The notes below the pieces were generated by a model that made no database searches, was not told the origin of the DNA, and worked only from the letters and a program-made list of their open reading frames with translations. Below are positions 1 to 10,232 of a stretch of 64,000 nt of DNA, piece by piece. How positions within the stretch are numbered: the first letter of the stretch is position 1; every line of letters begins with the position of its first letter. Made by a program: the position numbers and the translations under genes. The stretch comes from an uncultured Prevotellaceae bacterium (GTDB taxonomy: Bacteria; Bacteroidota; Bacteroidia; Bacteroidales; Bacteroidaceae). Location: positions 3,052 to 67,051 of the forward strand of contig CACXJZ010000005.1 in the NCBI GenBank assembly GCA_902768105.1, written 5' to 3'.

Positions 1-674
1 TGCTGAAGCGCTACGACGGCATATCGTTCACGAAGGCGCTGGGCACGGTGGTGACGGAGCGTGCCGTCGATTCGCTGGTGGTACTGCTGTTCTCAGGCAT
101 CACGCTGCTGCTGCAGATTCCCGTCTTCCAGACCTTCTTCAACGAGACAGGCACGAGCATTGACTCTATCATCAACCGTTTCACGCCCACGGGCTGGCTC
201 GTGACGGCCATCTGCGGAGTGGCAGCCCTCATCCTGCTCGTGGTCTTCATGCGTTACCTCTCTATATATAATAAGGTACGTGCGACGCTCAGCGGCATCT
301 GGCAGGGCGTCATCTCGCTGAAGGACGTGCGTAACGTGCCGCTGTTCGTCTGTCTTACCCTGGGCATCTGGCTCAGTTACTTCCTGCACTACTACCTGAC
401 GTTCTTCTGCTTCGACTTCACCTCACACCTGGGACTGACCTGTGCGATGGTGACGTTTGTGGTAGGCAGCATTGCCGTCATCGTCCCCACCCCCAACGGT
501 GCCGGCCCCTGGCACTTCGCCGTGAAAACCATGCTCATCCTCTATGGCGTGGCAGACACGGAGGCCCTCTACTTTGTCCTCATCGTCCACACCGTCCAGA
601 CCATGCTGGTGATTGCACTAGGCATCTGGGCGTGGATTCATTTGATGTTTATAACTAAAATCAAAAAACTATGA
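1..674 (+). CDS. Lysylphosphatidylglycerol synthase TM / flippase-like (UPF0104) membrane protein, 5'-truncated by window edge
   Basis: Frame open from base 3 (LKRYDGISFTKALGTVVTERAVD); multiple TM helices; PTPNGAGPWH motif. Confidence 0.8.
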   Translation, partial: LKRYDGISFTKALGTVVTERAVDSLVVLLFSGITLLLQIPVFQTFFNETGTSIDSIINRFTPTGWLVTAICGVAALILLVVFMRYLSIYNKVRATLSGIWQGVISLKDVRNVPLFVCLTLGIWLSYFLHYYLTFFCFDFTSHLGLTCAMVTFVVGSIAVIVPTPNGAGPWHFAVKTMLILYGVADTEALYFVLIVHTVQTMLVIALGIWAWIHLMFITKIKKL

Positions 675-2131
675 ACGAAATTCTGAACCTGAAGCCAGAA
701 TGTATCTGGCGAAACTTCTACAGTTTGACACAAGTGCCCCGCCCCAGCGGACACTTAGAGAAAATCCAGCAGTTCCTGCTTGACTTCGGACAGAAGGCAG
801 GCGTGGAGACATTCAAGGACCCCGCAGGCAACATCGTGTTCCGCAAGCCCGCAACAGCAGGCATGGAGAACAGAAAGGGCATCATACTCCAGGCCCACAT
901 GGACATGGTACCCCAGAAGACGCCCGAGTCGCAGCACAACTTCGAGACGGACCCCATAGAGCCGTGGATTGACGGAGAGTGGGTAAAGGCCAAGGGCACG
1001 ACGCTGGGTGCCGACAACGGTCTGGGCGTAGCCGCCATCATGTCTGTGATGGAGGACAAGACGCTCAAGCACGGTCCCATCAACGCCCTCATCACCGCTG
1101 ACGAGGAGACGGGCATGTATGGTGCCAACGACCTGCCTGAAGGAGAGCTGGAGGGTGACATCCTCCTGAACCTCGACTCTGAGCACTGGGGAAAGTTCGT
1201 CATCGGCTCTGCCGGTGGCATCGACATTACCGCAACGCTCGACTACCAAGAGGCTGACACCGACACGGAGGACGCTGCCGTACGTGTGACGGTGAAGAAC
1301 CTGCGTGGTGGACACAGCGGCTTGGAAATCAATGAGGGTCGCGGCAATGCCAACAAGCTGCTGGTACAGATTGTGCGCGAAGCCATTGCTGAGACGGAGT
1401 CTCGCCTGGCATCATGGAACGGCGGCAACATGCGCAATGCCATCCCCTTCAAGGCTGAAGCCGTGCTGACGCTGCCCAAGGAGAACATTGCTGCGCTGAA
1501 AGAGATTGCCGATGACTGGAAGGAGACCTTCAACGACGAGTTCAAGCTCATAGAGCCCCAGGGCATCGAGGTCATCGTCGAGGAAGTGGACACTCCTGCA
1601 AAACAGGTGCCCGTAGAGATTCAGGATAACCTCGTGGACGCTATCTTTGCCTGTCACGACGGCGTTATCCGCTATATCCCCGCCTATCCCAGCGTGGTAG
1701 AGACCTCGTCGAACCTCGCCATCATCAACATCGGTGAGGGCAAGGCTGCCATCAAGATCCTAGCCCGTTCGAGCCGTGAGGACATGAAAGACTATGTGGC
1801 TACCATGCTGGAGAGCTGCTTCTCAATGGCTGGCATGAAGGTGGAGACCAGCGGCAGCTACGGAGGATGGGACCCCAACCCCGACTCCGAGATTCTGCAC
1901 CTGCTGCTCAAGGAATATAAGGAGCTGTTCGGCAAGGACGGCATCACACAGGTCGATCATGCCGGACTGGAGTGCTCTGTCATCCTGGGTAAGTACCCGT
2001 GGCTCGACGTCGTCAGCCTCGGCCCCACGATGAAATCGCCCCATACGACGACGGAGCGTGCACTCATCGAGACGGTAGATCCCTTCTGGACGCTGCTGAA
2101 GAAAACGCTCGAGGATGTGCCTGTGAAATAA
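671..2131 (+). CDS. pepD: Aminoacyl-histidine dipeptidase (M20)
   Basis: LQAHMDMV, TTLGADNG, DEETGM, NLDSE, GGHSG, HAGLEC motifs. Confidence 0.93.
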   Translation: MNEILNLKPECIWRNFYSLTQVPRPSGHLEKIQQFLLDFGQKAGVETFKDPAGNIVFRKPATAGMENRKGIILQAHMDMVPQKTPESQHNFETDPIEPWIDGEWVKAKGTTLGADNGLGVAAIMSVMEDKTLKHGPINALITADEETGMYGANDLPEGELEGDILLNLDSEHWGKFVIGSAGGIDITATLDYQEADTDTEDAAVRVTVKNLRGGHSGLEINEGRGNANKLLVQIVREAIAETESRLASWNGGNMRNAIPFKAEAVLTLPKENIAALKEIADDWKETFNDEFKLIEPQGIEVIVEEVDTPAKQVPVEIQDNLVDAIFACHDGVIRYIPAYPSVVETSSNLAIINIGEGKAAIKILARSSREDMKDYVATMLESCFSMAGMKVETSGSYGGWDPNPDSEILHLLLKEYKELFGKDGITQVDHAGLECSVILGKYPWLDVVSLGPTMKSPHTTTERALIETVDPFWTLLKKTLEDVPVK

Positions 2132-2451
2132 TCACCTCTTCTTTTTGAGAGCCTTGATGGCCTGCAACTGCGAGGGCGCCAGCTCAGGAATACGGTGCTG
2201 CGTAGCGTAGGTCTGCAGTTCATCAAGGCTCATATCACCCACATGGTCGTGATTTAGCTCCTTGCTGCGGGCCTTGAAATCGTCCCACTCCACATAGCCG
2301 TGGTCAGTGGTGTAGATGTAGATGATGTCGCGTATCCTGCCCTTTGACTTGATTTTTTCAATGATGGCGAGCTTCTTCTTCAGGTTCTCTGCGCCTGTGC
2401 GCTCGCCACTGCCATCACGACGACAGCAAACAGCAACAGTATTTTCTTCAT
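2132..2451 (-). pseudogene. Disrupted secreted-protein gene: signal peptide MKKILLLFAVVVMAVASAQAQ, then a 49-bp DUF349-derived insert with TGA stop, then a 70-aa orphan tail in another frame
   Basis: ATG at 2451 downstream of a TACTTTTG promoter box; stop at 2382-2380 inside the insert; tail KGRIRD...KKKR ends at 2132. Confidence 0.6.
2344..2392 (-). repeat. Exact 49-bp inverted copy of 4244-4292
   Basis: Reverse complement gcagagaacctgaagaagaagctcgccatcattgaaaaaatcaagtcaa is identical to 4244-4292. Confidence 0.95.
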
Positions 2452-2578
2452 CTTTCTTCTTTGTTGTTTGAGGCTGCAAAAGTAATACAATTATTCCAAT
2501 TCCACAAATAACATAAAAAAAATGAAGGGGCGGCAGCAATTTTTTCGCCATTCGCTATCCACTTTTACTTTTTTTTAT

Positions 2579-2586
2579 TAACTTTG
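2579..2586 (+). promoter_or_regulatory. Bacteroidota sigma-A -7 box upstream of corA
   Basis: TAACTTTG matches TAnnTTTG. Confidence 0.65.
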
Positions 2587-2723
2587 CACCCGATAACCAA
2601 TTAATAACAAAAAAAATGGACGACTACCCGGCGGATAATTACAATTCGTGAAGGTGAGGGGACAGCAGGCAAGACCGCTAATCCTCTTGCCGCTAAGACC
2701 GTTTATAAAAAGGATTAGCAACA

Positions 2724-3650
2724 ATGAAGACTTACTGGAACTACAATCAGGGACTGACCCAACTCAGCGAGTGGCAGCCCAATTGCTGGATACAAGTGAC
2801 TTGTCCTACCGAAGAGGACCAGCAGATGCTGGAGGAGAAGTTCAGTATCCCCGACTATTTCATGAGTGACATCAGCGATACTGACGAGCGTGCCCGCTAC
2901 GAGTACGACGACGGATGGATGCTCATCATCCTGCGTATTCCCTACGTCAAGGAGGTGCGCTCGCGTACCCCCTACACCACCGTACCCTTGGGAATCATTC
3001 ACAAGCGCGACATCACCATCACCGTATGCTACTACGAAACGAACATGATGATAGACTTCGTCTCGTTCCAGCAGAAGCGCGGCGAGGGCTTCACCGACTT
3101 CGTCGATATGACGTTCCGCCTGTTCCTCTCGTCAGCCGTCTGGTACCTGAAGCGCCTCAAGCAGATCAACATGCTCATTGAGAAGGCCAAGCGCAACCTC
3201 GACCAGGAAGTGAACAACGAGAGCCTCATCGGACTATCGCGCCTGCAGGACTCGCTGACCTACTTCGTCACCTCCATCCGAGGCAACGAGACGCTGCTCT
3301 CGAAGCTGAAGTTCAAGCTGCAGATTGACGAGCTGGACGCCGACCTCATTGAGGACGTCAACATCGAGATGACACAGGCCCGTGAAACGGCCAACATCTA
3401 CTCAAACATCCTCGAATCGACAATGGACACTTACCAGTCGATTATCAACAATAACATGAACACCATCATGCGTACGCTGACGTCCGTCACCATCATCCTC
3501 ATGTTGCCCACACTGGTGGCCTCATTCTTCGGCATGAACCTCGTAAACGGCATGGAACAGAACCCCATCGGATTTATCGTCGCCATAGTCATCTCTGTAC
3601 TCATTTCGGTGGCTTCTTGGTTCTTTTTCCGTCATAAACGACTGGTATAA
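2724..3650 (+). CDS. corA: CorA-family Mg2+ transporter
   Basis: FFGMN signature followed by the second TM helix; long soluble N-domain. Confidence 0.92.
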   Translation: MKTYWNYNQGLTQLSEWQPNCWIQVTCPTEEDQQMLEEKFSIPDYFMSDISDTDERARYEYDDGWMLIILRIPYVKEVRSRTPYTTVPLGIIHKRDITITVCYYETNMMIDFVSFQQKRGEGFTDFVDMTFRLFLSSAVWYLKRLKQINMLIEKAKRNLDQEVNNESLIGLSRLQDSLTYFVTSIRGNETLLSKLKFKLQIDELDADLIEDVNIEMTQARETANIYSNILESTMDTYQSIINNNMNTIMRTLTSVTIILMLPTLVASFFGMNLVNGMEQNPIGFIVAIVISVLISVASWFFFRHKRLV

Positions 3651-3675
3651 GGCAAATATTTAGCAAAAAAATGTG

Positions 3676-3711
3676 AAAATCATCCGAAAATTAGGTTATT
3701 CGGATGATTTT
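3676..3711 (+). terminator. Hairpin after corA
   Basis: aaaatcatccgaa...ttcggatgatttt followed by T-run. Confidence 0.65.
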
Positions 3712-3772
3712 TTGTAAGTTTGTAGCTTGATATGTGTGAACTAACCTAATTTTAAACTAAAACGTTTAAACA

Positions 3773-5677
3773 ATGGACTCTCAAGAAAAAGCCCTCGAGA
3801 TGGGCACCCAAGAGGAACTGACTCCCGTTGTGGAGGAATCCGCAGAAGCAAAAGTAGTAGAAGAACCCGCAGCAGCAACAGAGGAAGTTGCTGCCGCAGA
3901 GAAACCTGAAGCAGTCGAACCCGCAGCAGCCGAGGAGGTTGCAGCCGCAGAGGAACCTGAGCGTAAAGTGTATAACTCCAAGAAGGAGATACTCGACCGC
4001 ATCAAGGAGATTGCCCATGGCGACGAGCCTCTGCAGAAAGAGGAGATTGACTACCTCAAAACTGTATTCTACAAGCTGCACATTGCCGAGCGCGATGCCC
4101 AGTTCAAGGCTTATACGGAAAATGGCGGCGATCCGGCCACCTATCAGATTACCCCCGATCCTGACGAGGAGGCATTCAAGGCCGAGATGGGCATCATCAA
4201 GGAGAAGCGCGCCCAACTCTTCAAGGAGCAGGAAGCAGAGAAGGCAGAGAACCTGAAGAAGAAGCTCGCCATCATTGAAAAAATCAAGTCAATGGTCACC
4301 TCACCCGAGGAGGCCAACAAGTCGTACCAGACATTCAAGGCCCTGCAACAGGAGTGGAAGGAAATCAAGAACGTTCCTGCCGAGAAGGCCAACGAGCTTT
4401 GGCGTAACTACCAGCTTTACGTGGAGCAGTTCTACGACCTGCTGAAGCTGAACAGCGAAGCCCGTGAGTACGATTTCAAGAAGAATCTGGAAATCAAGAC
4501 CAAACTCTGCGAGTCTGCCGAGCGTCTGGCCGACGAGCCTGACGTCATCAGCGCTTTCCACCAGTTGCAGAAGCTCCATCAAGAGTATCGCGAGACAGGC
4601 CCCGTCAGCAAGGAGCTGCGCGAGGATATCTGGGCACGCTTCAAGGCTGCCTCGACCGTCATCAACAAGCGTCACCAGCAGCACTTCGAACAGTTGCGCG
4701 CCAAGGAGGAAGACAATCTCGCCCGCAAGACCGCCCTCTGCGAGAAGGTAGAGGCTATTGCCGCTGCTGAAAGCAAGGGCTCAGCCGATTGGGAGAAGCG
4801 CACGAAGGAGATTATCGACATCCAGGCTGAGTGGAAGACCATCGGTTTCGCTCCGCAGAAGATGAACGTCAAGATATTTGAGCGTTTCCGTGCTGCCTGC
4901 GACGACTTCTTCGCCAAGAAAGCAGAATACTTCAAGACCATGAAGGACAACTTCAAGGAGAATGCTGAGAAGAAGCGCGCACTCATTGAGAAGGCTAAGG
5001 CCCTGCAGGACAGCACCGAGTGGAAATCGACCAGCGACAAGCTCATCGCCCTGCAGAAGGAGTGGAAGACCATCGGTATGGTACCCAAGAAACTGGGTGA
5101 CCAGCTGTGGGAAGAGTTCCTCGGAGCCTGCAACAAATTCTTCGAGGCACGCAACGCAGCAGGTGCCGGCCAGCGTAGCGAGGAGCACCAGAACCTCGCC
5201 AAGAAACGCGACATCATCTCACAGCTGAAGGCCGCAGCCGAAGAAGCTGGCGAAGGCCTGCAGGAGAAGGTGCAGAAGCTCGTCGAAGAGTATCAAGCCA
5301 TCGGCCATGTGCCCTTCAAGGAGAAGGACAAACTCTACGAGGAGTACCACGCCGTGCTCGACAATCTCTATAAGGACCTGAATATCAGCGTGGCCAAGCG
5401 CCGTCTCTCGAAGTTCAAGGACAACATCAAGCAGGTGGCTGAGCGTGGCGGCGATGCCCTCGACAACGAGCGTGCCCGCCTGATGCGCCAGTACGAGACC
5501 ATCAAGCAGGAGGTGCAGACCTACGAGAACAACCTCGGCTTCCTGAATGCCTCCTCGAAGAAGGGCAACTCGCTCATTGACGAGATGAACCGCAAGGTGC
5601 AGAAGCTCAAGGACGACATGAACCTCGTACGCGAGAAGATCAAGGCCATTGATGCTGAGAACCGCGAGAAAGAATAG
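3773..5677 (+). CDS. DUF349 domain protein
   Basis: Repeated QxEWKxIGxxP...W..F..AC..FF units; acidic low-complexity N-terminus. Confidence 0.88.
   Translation: MDSQEKALEMGTQEELTPVVEESAEAKVVEEPAAATEEVAAAEKPEAVEPAAAEEVAAAEEPERKVYNSKKEILDRIKEIAHGDEPLQKEEIDYLKTVFYKLHIAERDAQFKAYTENGGDPATYQITPDPDEEAFKAEMGIIKEKRAQLFKEQEAEKAENLKKKLAIIEKIKSMVTSPEEANKSYQTFKALQQEWKEIKNVPAEKANELWRNYQLYVEQFYDLLKLNSEAREYDFKKNLEIKTKLCESAERLADEPDVISAFHQLQKLHQEYRETGPVSKELREDIWARFKAASTVINKRHQQHFEQLRAKEEDNLARKTALCEKVEAIAAAESKGSADWEKRTKEIIDIQAEWKTIGFAPQKMNVKIFERFRAACDDFFAKKAEYFKTMKDNFKENAEKKRALIEKAKALQDSTEWKSTSDKLIALQKEWKTIGMVPKKLGDQLWEEFLGACNKFFEARNAAGAGQRSEEHQNLAKKRDIISQLKAAAEEAGEGLQEKVQKLVEEYQAIGHVPFKEKDKLYEEYHAVLDNLYKDLNISVAKRRLSKFKDNIKQVAERGGDALDNERARLMRQYETIKQEVQTYENNLGFLNASSKKGNSLIDEMNRKVQKLKDDMNLVREKIKAIDAENREKE
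4244..4292 (+). repeat. Partner copy of the 49-bp inverted repeat (AENLKKKLAIIEKIKS codons)
   Basis: Identical to reverse complement of 2344-2392. Confidence 0.95.
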
Positions 5678-5705
5678 GCTGAGCAAAAAGCCCAAGGATA
5701 AAAAG

Positions 5706-5737
5706 AAAGAGGATGAATCTTGTGATTCATCCTCTTT
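5706..5737. terminator. Bidirectional terminator between DUF349 and tRNA-Gln
   Basis: Perfect 14-bp stem aaagaggatgaatc/gattcatcctcttt. Confidence 0.8.
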
Positions 5738-5742
5738 GCTGT

Positions 5743-5816
5743 TGGTTGGGGTACCCGGACTCGAACCAGGAAAGGCAGGACCAGAATCTGCAGTGTTACC
5801 ATTACACCATACCCCA
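5743..5816 (-). tRNA. tRNA-Gln(CTG) with encoded CCA
   Basis: TGGGGTATGGTGTAATGGTAACACTGCAGATT-CTG-GTCCTGCCTTTCCTGGTTCGAGTCCGGGTACCCCAACCA: acceptor stem, D arm, T-loop GTTCGA. Confidence 0.96.
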
Positions 5817-5987
5817 ATAACACGGGTGCATTTCTCAAATGCGGATGCAAAGGTAATGCATTTTTTGGAAACAGCAAAAAAAAACGGAAGAAAAATATAA
5901 AAAAGCGCAATTTTTTCTTATTTTTATCAGTTTTACGAGAAAAATGTGCTACCTTTGACAGCGTTTTAGACACATATTATAATATTA

Positions 5988-6347
5988 ATGGAACAAACAA
6001 GACAGTTAGTAGAGACCATCACCAAGGGAATACAAGAGAAAAAAGGCAGCAACATCGTGATTGCTGACCTGAGCGACATAGAGGGAACAATCTGCAAATA
6101 CTTCGTTATCTGTCAGGGCAACTCGCCCGCACAGGTGGAGGCCATCACGGAGTCGGTTGGCGATATGATGCGCGAGGAGCTGAGCGAGAAGCCGTCGGCC
6201 GTAGCCGGACTGGAGAACGCCCAGTGGGTGGCTATGGACTATGCTGACGTGCTGGTACACATCTTCCTGCCTGACGTCCGCGAGTTTTACGACCTGGAGC
6301 ACCTGTGGGCTGACGCCAAGCTGACGCGGATACCGGATTTAGATTGA
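5988..6347 (+). CDS. rsfS: Ribosome silencing factor
   Basis: WVAMDYADVLVHIF...REFYDLEHLW motif. Confidence 0.95.
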   Translation: MEQTRQLVETITKGIQEKKGSNIVIADLSDIEGTICKYFVICQGNSPAQVEAITESVGDMMREELSEKPSAVAGLENAQWVAMDYADVLVHIFLPDVREFYDLEHLWADAKLTRIPDLD

Positions 6348-6352
6348 TGACA

Positions 6353-6384
6353 AAGGGTAAAAGGGTAAAAAAGTAAAAAGGTAA
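6353..6384. repeat. 4 x 8-bp tandem repeat (AARRGTAA)
   Basis: aagggtaa aagggtaa aaaagtaa aaaggtaa; same unit at 23763-23794. Confidence 0.85.
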
Positions 6385-6393
6385 AACATAAAA

Positions 6394-8412
6394 ATGGAAC
6401 CTAATAACGACAATAACAAACCGAAGATGAACATGCCCAAGTTCAACATGAACTGGATATACTTCATCGTCATTGCCATACTGATAGGCCTGTACATGAC
6501 GGGGGGCACAAACAGTAGCGCCACCAAGAAGCAGGTGACCTATTCGAAGTTCAAGGACATGGTGGCTGCCGGCTACGCCAAGAAGATTGTGGTGAACAAG
6601 AACCAGAACGAGCTGTACATGTACGTGAAACCCGAGAAGGTGCGCGAAGTGTTCAAACAGGGCGTACAGGAGAACAGCGGCGACCCGTTTGTGACGGTGG
6701 AGATTGGCTCTGTGGACCAGGTGGAGAAGTTCGTCACCGATATGCGTACCGACAAGAAGTTCACGGGTGAGTACGGCTACGAGAACCGCAACAGCAACGA
6801 AGTAATGAACTTCCTGCTGTACAACATACTGCCCATTGTCGTCATCATAGGCGTATGGATTTTCTTCATGCGCCGCATGGGAGGCGGAGGCAGCATGGGA
6901 GGCGGAATCTTCAACGTAGGCAAGAGCCGTGCGAAGATGTACGAGAAGGGCGGCAACCTAAACATTACGTTCAAGGACGTGGCTGGTCAGGCTGGTGCCA
7001 AGCAGGAGATGCAGGAGATTGTGGATTTCCTGAAGAACCCGCAGAAATACACGGAGCTGGGCGGAAAGATTCCCAAGGGTGCGCTGCTCGTTGGTCCTCC
7101 AGGAACGGGTAAGACGCTGATGGCGAAGGCCGTAGCTGGAGAGGCTGGCGTACCGTTCTTCTCGATGTCAGGTTCCGACTTCGTGGAGATGTTCGTCGGC
7201 GTGGGTGCCAGCCGCGTGCGCGACCTGTTCCAGCAGGCGAAGCAGAAGGCGCCGTGCATCATCTTCATCGACGAGATAGACGCCGTGGGACGTGCCCGTT
7301 CGAAGAACCCTGCAATGGGTGGCAACGACGAACGCGAGAACACGCTAAACGCCCTGCTGACAGAGATGGACGGGTTCGGAACGAACAGCGGCATCATCAC
7401 GCTGGCTGCCACAAACCGTGCCGATATGCTCGACTCGGCCCTGCTGCGTGCAGGACGCTTCGACCGTCAGATACACGTTGACCTGCCTGACCTGCACGAG
7501 CGTACGGAGGTGTTCAGGGTTCACCTGAAGCCGCTGAAGCTCGACGAGTCGGTAGATATAGAATTCCTGGCGCGTCAGACACCTGGCTTCTCAGGTGCCG
7601 ACATTGCCAACGTCTGCAACGAGGCTGCCCTCATCGCTGCCCGTCACGACAGTGAAAAGGTAGGTAAGCAGGACTTCCTCGATGCCGTTGACCGCATCAT
7701 TGGCGGACTGGAGAAGAAGACGAAGGTGATGACGGAGGCTGAGAAGAAGTCGATAGCCATTCACGAGGCAGGCCACGCCACCATTTCGTGGTTCACGGAA
7801 TTTGCCAACCCGCTGGTGAAGGTGTCGATTGTACCACGTGGTCAGGCGCTGGGTGCCGCCTGGTACCTGCCTGAGGAGCGCGTGCTGCAGACCAAGGAGG
7901 CGATGCTCGACGAGATGTGTTCTCTGCTGGGCGGACGTGCTGCCGAAGAGCTGTTCATCGGCCATATCTCGACAGGTGCGATGAACGACCTGGAGCGCAC
8001 CACGAAGCAGGCATACGGCATGATTGCCTACGCCGGTATGGGCGACTCGCTGCCTAACATCTGCTACTACAACAACACAGAATACCAGTTCCAGCGTCCC
8101 TACTCAGAGACCACTGCGAAGCTCATTGATGACGAGGTGCTGAAGATGATCAACACGCAGTACGAGCGCGCAAAGCAGATACTGACCGAACACAAGGACG
8201 GTCATGCCCAACTGGCACAGATGCTCGTTGACCGTGAGGTCATCTTTGCCGAGGACGTAGAGAAAATCTTCGGTCCCCGTCCCTGGCAGAGTCGTGCCGA
8301 AGAGCTGCTCGAAGCCCAGATGCGTGCAGAGGCAGAAGCAATGGCAGAACAGCGAGCTAAGGAGCTTGAAGCCTCCGAGAACTCTGAAAACTCAGAGAAC
8401 TCCGAAAACTAA
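6394..8412 (+). CDS. ftsH: ATP-dependent zinc metalloprotease FtsH
   Basis: Two TMs, GPPGTGKT Walker A, FIDEID Walker B, HEAGH zinc motif; tail (SEN)n from a 9-bp repeat. Confidence 0.97.
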   Translation: MEPNNDNNKPKMNMPKFNMNWIYFIVIAILIGLYMTGGTNSSATKKQVTYSKFKDMVAAGYAKKIVVNKNQNELYMYVKPEKVREVFKQGVQENSGDPFVTVEIGSVDQVEKFVTDMRTDKKFTGEYGYENRNSNEVMNFLLYNILPIVVIIGVWIFFMRRMGGGGSMGGGIFNVGKSRAKMYEKGGNLNITFKDVAGQAGAKQEMQEIVDFLKNPQKYTELGGKIPKGALLVGPPGTGKTLMAKAVAGEAGVPFFSMSGSDFVEMFVGVGASRVRDLFQQAKQKAPCIIFIDEIDAVGRARSKNPAMGGNDERENTLNALLTEMDGFGTNSGIITLAATNRADMLDSALLRAGRFDRQIHVDLPDLHERTEVFRVHLKPLKLDESVDIEFLARQTPGFSGADIANVCNEAALIAARHDSEKVGKQDFLDAVDRIIGGLEKKTKVMTEAEKKSIAIHEAGHATISWFTEFANPLVKVSIVPRGQALGAAWYLPEERVLQTKEAMLDEMCSLLGGRAAEELFIGHISTGAMNDLERTTKQAYGMIAYAGMGDSLPNICYYNNTEYQFQRPYSETTAKLIDDEVLKMINTQYERAKQILTEHKDGHAQLAQMLVDREVIFAEDVEKIFGPRPWQSRAEELLEAQMRAEAEAMAEQRAKELEASENSENSENSEN

Positions 8413-8423
8413 AATCCAACGAT

Positions 8424-9311
8424 ATGAGAAACTTTATCATACGAGCCATTACAGGCATCCTGTTTGTAGCAGCCATCGTCACATGCTTCCTTGACCCAAG
8501 GGCAATGGTACTGCTGTTTGCACTCATCACAGGCCTCAGCGTCTGGGAATATACTGGACTGGTCAACGAACTGGAACGCGTCAGCATCAACCGGTTTATC
8601 TGTACGGTGGCAGGCGTGTACTTCTTCTTCGCAATGGCCTACTACTGCAGCGATGTCTATGGCGGACAGGCCAAGTCGGTAGTGTTCATACCCTACCTCG
8701 TGACCATCATCTACCTGCTCATTGCTGAGCTGTATGCACGGCAGACAGACCCCGTGAGCAACTGGGCCTACACCATGCTCTCGCAGATGTACATCGCCCT
8801 GCCGCTCTCGCTGATAAACGTGCTGGCATTCACAGCAACACCTAGCGGGCAGGTGGTATTCAACACGCTGCTGCCGCTCTCGGTATTCATTTTCCTGTGG
8901 GTCAACGACACCGGCGCCTACTGCGTAGGCTCATTGCTGGGACGCCATAAGCTCTTCCCACGCATCTCACCAGGCAAGTCGTGGGAGGGCAGCGTAGGCG
9001 GAGCACTCTTCGTACTACTGGCAGCCTACGGCATCGGCTGGCTCGACAACATTCAGATTGCCGACCTCGACCGTACCCCCACCCTCTTCATGGGCATACT
9101 CTCGATTCCCGAGTGGCTCGGACTGGGACTCGTCGTTGTTGTCTTCGGCACATGGGGCGACCTGGTGGAGAGTCTGTTCAAGCGCACCCTCGGCATTAAG
9201 GACTCCGGCAACATACTGCCTGGCCACGGGGGCATGCTCGACCGTTTTGACTCCAGTCTGCTTGCCATTCCTGCAGCAGTGGTCTATCTCTACACGCTGA
9301 CACTACTGTAG
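8424..9311 (+). CDS. cdsA: Phosphatidate cytidylyltransferase
   Basis: SPGKSWEG and GDLVESLFKR..GIKDSG.ILPGHGGMLDRFDS. Confidence 0.95.
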   Translation: MRNFIIRAITGILFVAAIVTCFLDPRAMVLLFALITGLSVWEYTGLVNELERVSINRFICTVAGVYFFFAMAYYCSDVYGGQAKSVVFIPYLVTIIYLLIAELYARQTDPVSNWAYTMLSQMYIALPLSLINVLAFTATPSGQVVFNTLLPLSVFIFLWVNDTGAYCVGSLLGRHKLFPRISPGKSWEGSVGGALFVLLAAYGIGWLDNIQIADLDRTPTLFMGILSIPEWLGLGLVVVVFGTWGDLVESLFKRTLGIKDSGNILPGHGGMLDRFDSSLLAIPAAVVYLYTLTLL

Positions 9312-9358
9312 AACAAAACAGTATAAAACCGCTGAAAGTGTAATTTTTCGGACGAAAA

Positions 9359-9390
9359 TTTGGTAGTTTCAGGAAGAATGATTACCTTTG
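9359..9390 (+). promoter_or_regulatory. rpsO promoter (-33/-7)
   Basis: TTTG-N20-TACCTTTG, matching the Bacteroidota consensus. Confidence 0.75.
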
Positions 9391-9502
9391 CAGCCGATTT
9401 CGGAGAATCCGAAGCATCTGATGACGTAAATCGTTGTGATTAAGGCGGGGAGCGTCTGAAGGATGTAGATAATCAAACAACAATTATTAATCAAAAAAAG
9501 TT

Positions 9503-9772
9503 ATGTATTTAGATCAAGCTAAAAAAGCAGAGATTTTCGGACAGTACGGCAAGAGCGCTACTGACACCGGTTCAGTAGAGAGCCAGGTTGCCCTGTTCAC
9601 CTATCGTATTTCTCACCTCACGGAGCACCTGAAGAAGAACCACAAGGACCACGTGACTGCACGCAGCCTGACCATGCTGGTAGGTCGTCGTCGTAAGTTG
9701 CTGAAGTACCTGCGTGATCGCGACATCAATCGCTATCGTGCACTCATCAAGGCTCTCGGACTTCGTAAGTAA
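9503..9772 (+). CDS. rpsO: 30S ribosomal protein S15
   Basis: 89 aa; DTGSVESQVALFT, HLKKNHKDH, RRKLLKYL. Confidence 0.97.
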   Translation: MYLDQAKKAEIFGQYGKSATDTGSVESQVALFTYRISHLTEHLKKNHKDHVTARSLTMLVGRRRKLLKYLRDRDINRYRALIKALGLRK

Positions 9773-9787
9773 GGCGAGAAGGCATAC

Positions 9788-9821
9788 AAAAAAGGTTGAG
9801 TTTCAATACTCAACCTTTTTT
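9788..9821. terminator. Bidirectional terminator rpsO/folK
   Basis: aaaaaaggttgagt...actcaacctttttt. Confidence 0.8.
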
Positions 9822-10231
9822 ATTTCCTGTAGTGGCTGCATGACAAACTCTCGTTGGTGCATGAGTGGGTGTGGAATTTTCAAGTCTGGCTCATCAACGG
9901 TCAGGTCATCATACAGTAGGATATCAATATCGATAGGACGGTCTTTGTACGTACGATTTGACAGTTTACAATTCACTTTTTTCTTTCGTCCCATATCGCG
10001 CTCTATCTGTTGTGTCAGACGGAGCACTTCACGAGGCGTCTTGCTGGTTTCGCAGAGAATGACAGCATTCAGGAAACGATTGTCAGACTCATAACCCCAC
10101 GGTTCTGTCTCAAGAAACGACGAACAGCGCACCACCTGCCCCACACGCTCGCCAATAAGCTGAATGGCCCTGCGTAGGTTCTGCTCCTTATCGCCGAGAT
10201 TGGAGCCAAGTCCAAGATACGCCTGATGCAT
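9803..10231 (-). CDS. folK: HPPK (2-amino-4-hydroxy-6-hydroxymethyldihydropteridine diphosphokinase)
   Basis: AYLGLGSNLG, RPIDIDIL, IPHP; start revised to ATG at 10231. Confidence 0.94.
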   Translation of the reverse strand: MHQAYLGLGSNLGDKEQNLRRAIQLIGERVGQVVRCSSFLETEPWGYESDNRFLNAVILCETSKTPREVLRLTQQIERDMGRKKKVNCKLSNRTYKDRPIDIDILLYDDLTVDEPDLKIPHPLMHQREFVMQPLQEIKKVEY

Positions 10232-10232
10232 A

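Noticed and set aside
2452-2551. ORF-track start for a 139-aa protein (MAKKLL...)
   Set aside because: It runs through AT-rich promoter DNA; the credible start is the signal-peptide ATG at 2451 in another frame.
3860-3962. Tandem duplication in the DUF349 N-terminus (EPAAA.EEVAAAE.PE x2)
   Set aside because: Ordinary low-complexity disordered-region duplication in codon phase.
5743-5816. tRNA as an integration site for an island
   Set aside because: No integrase and no duplicated tRNA 3' end seen; the flanks are housekeeping genes.
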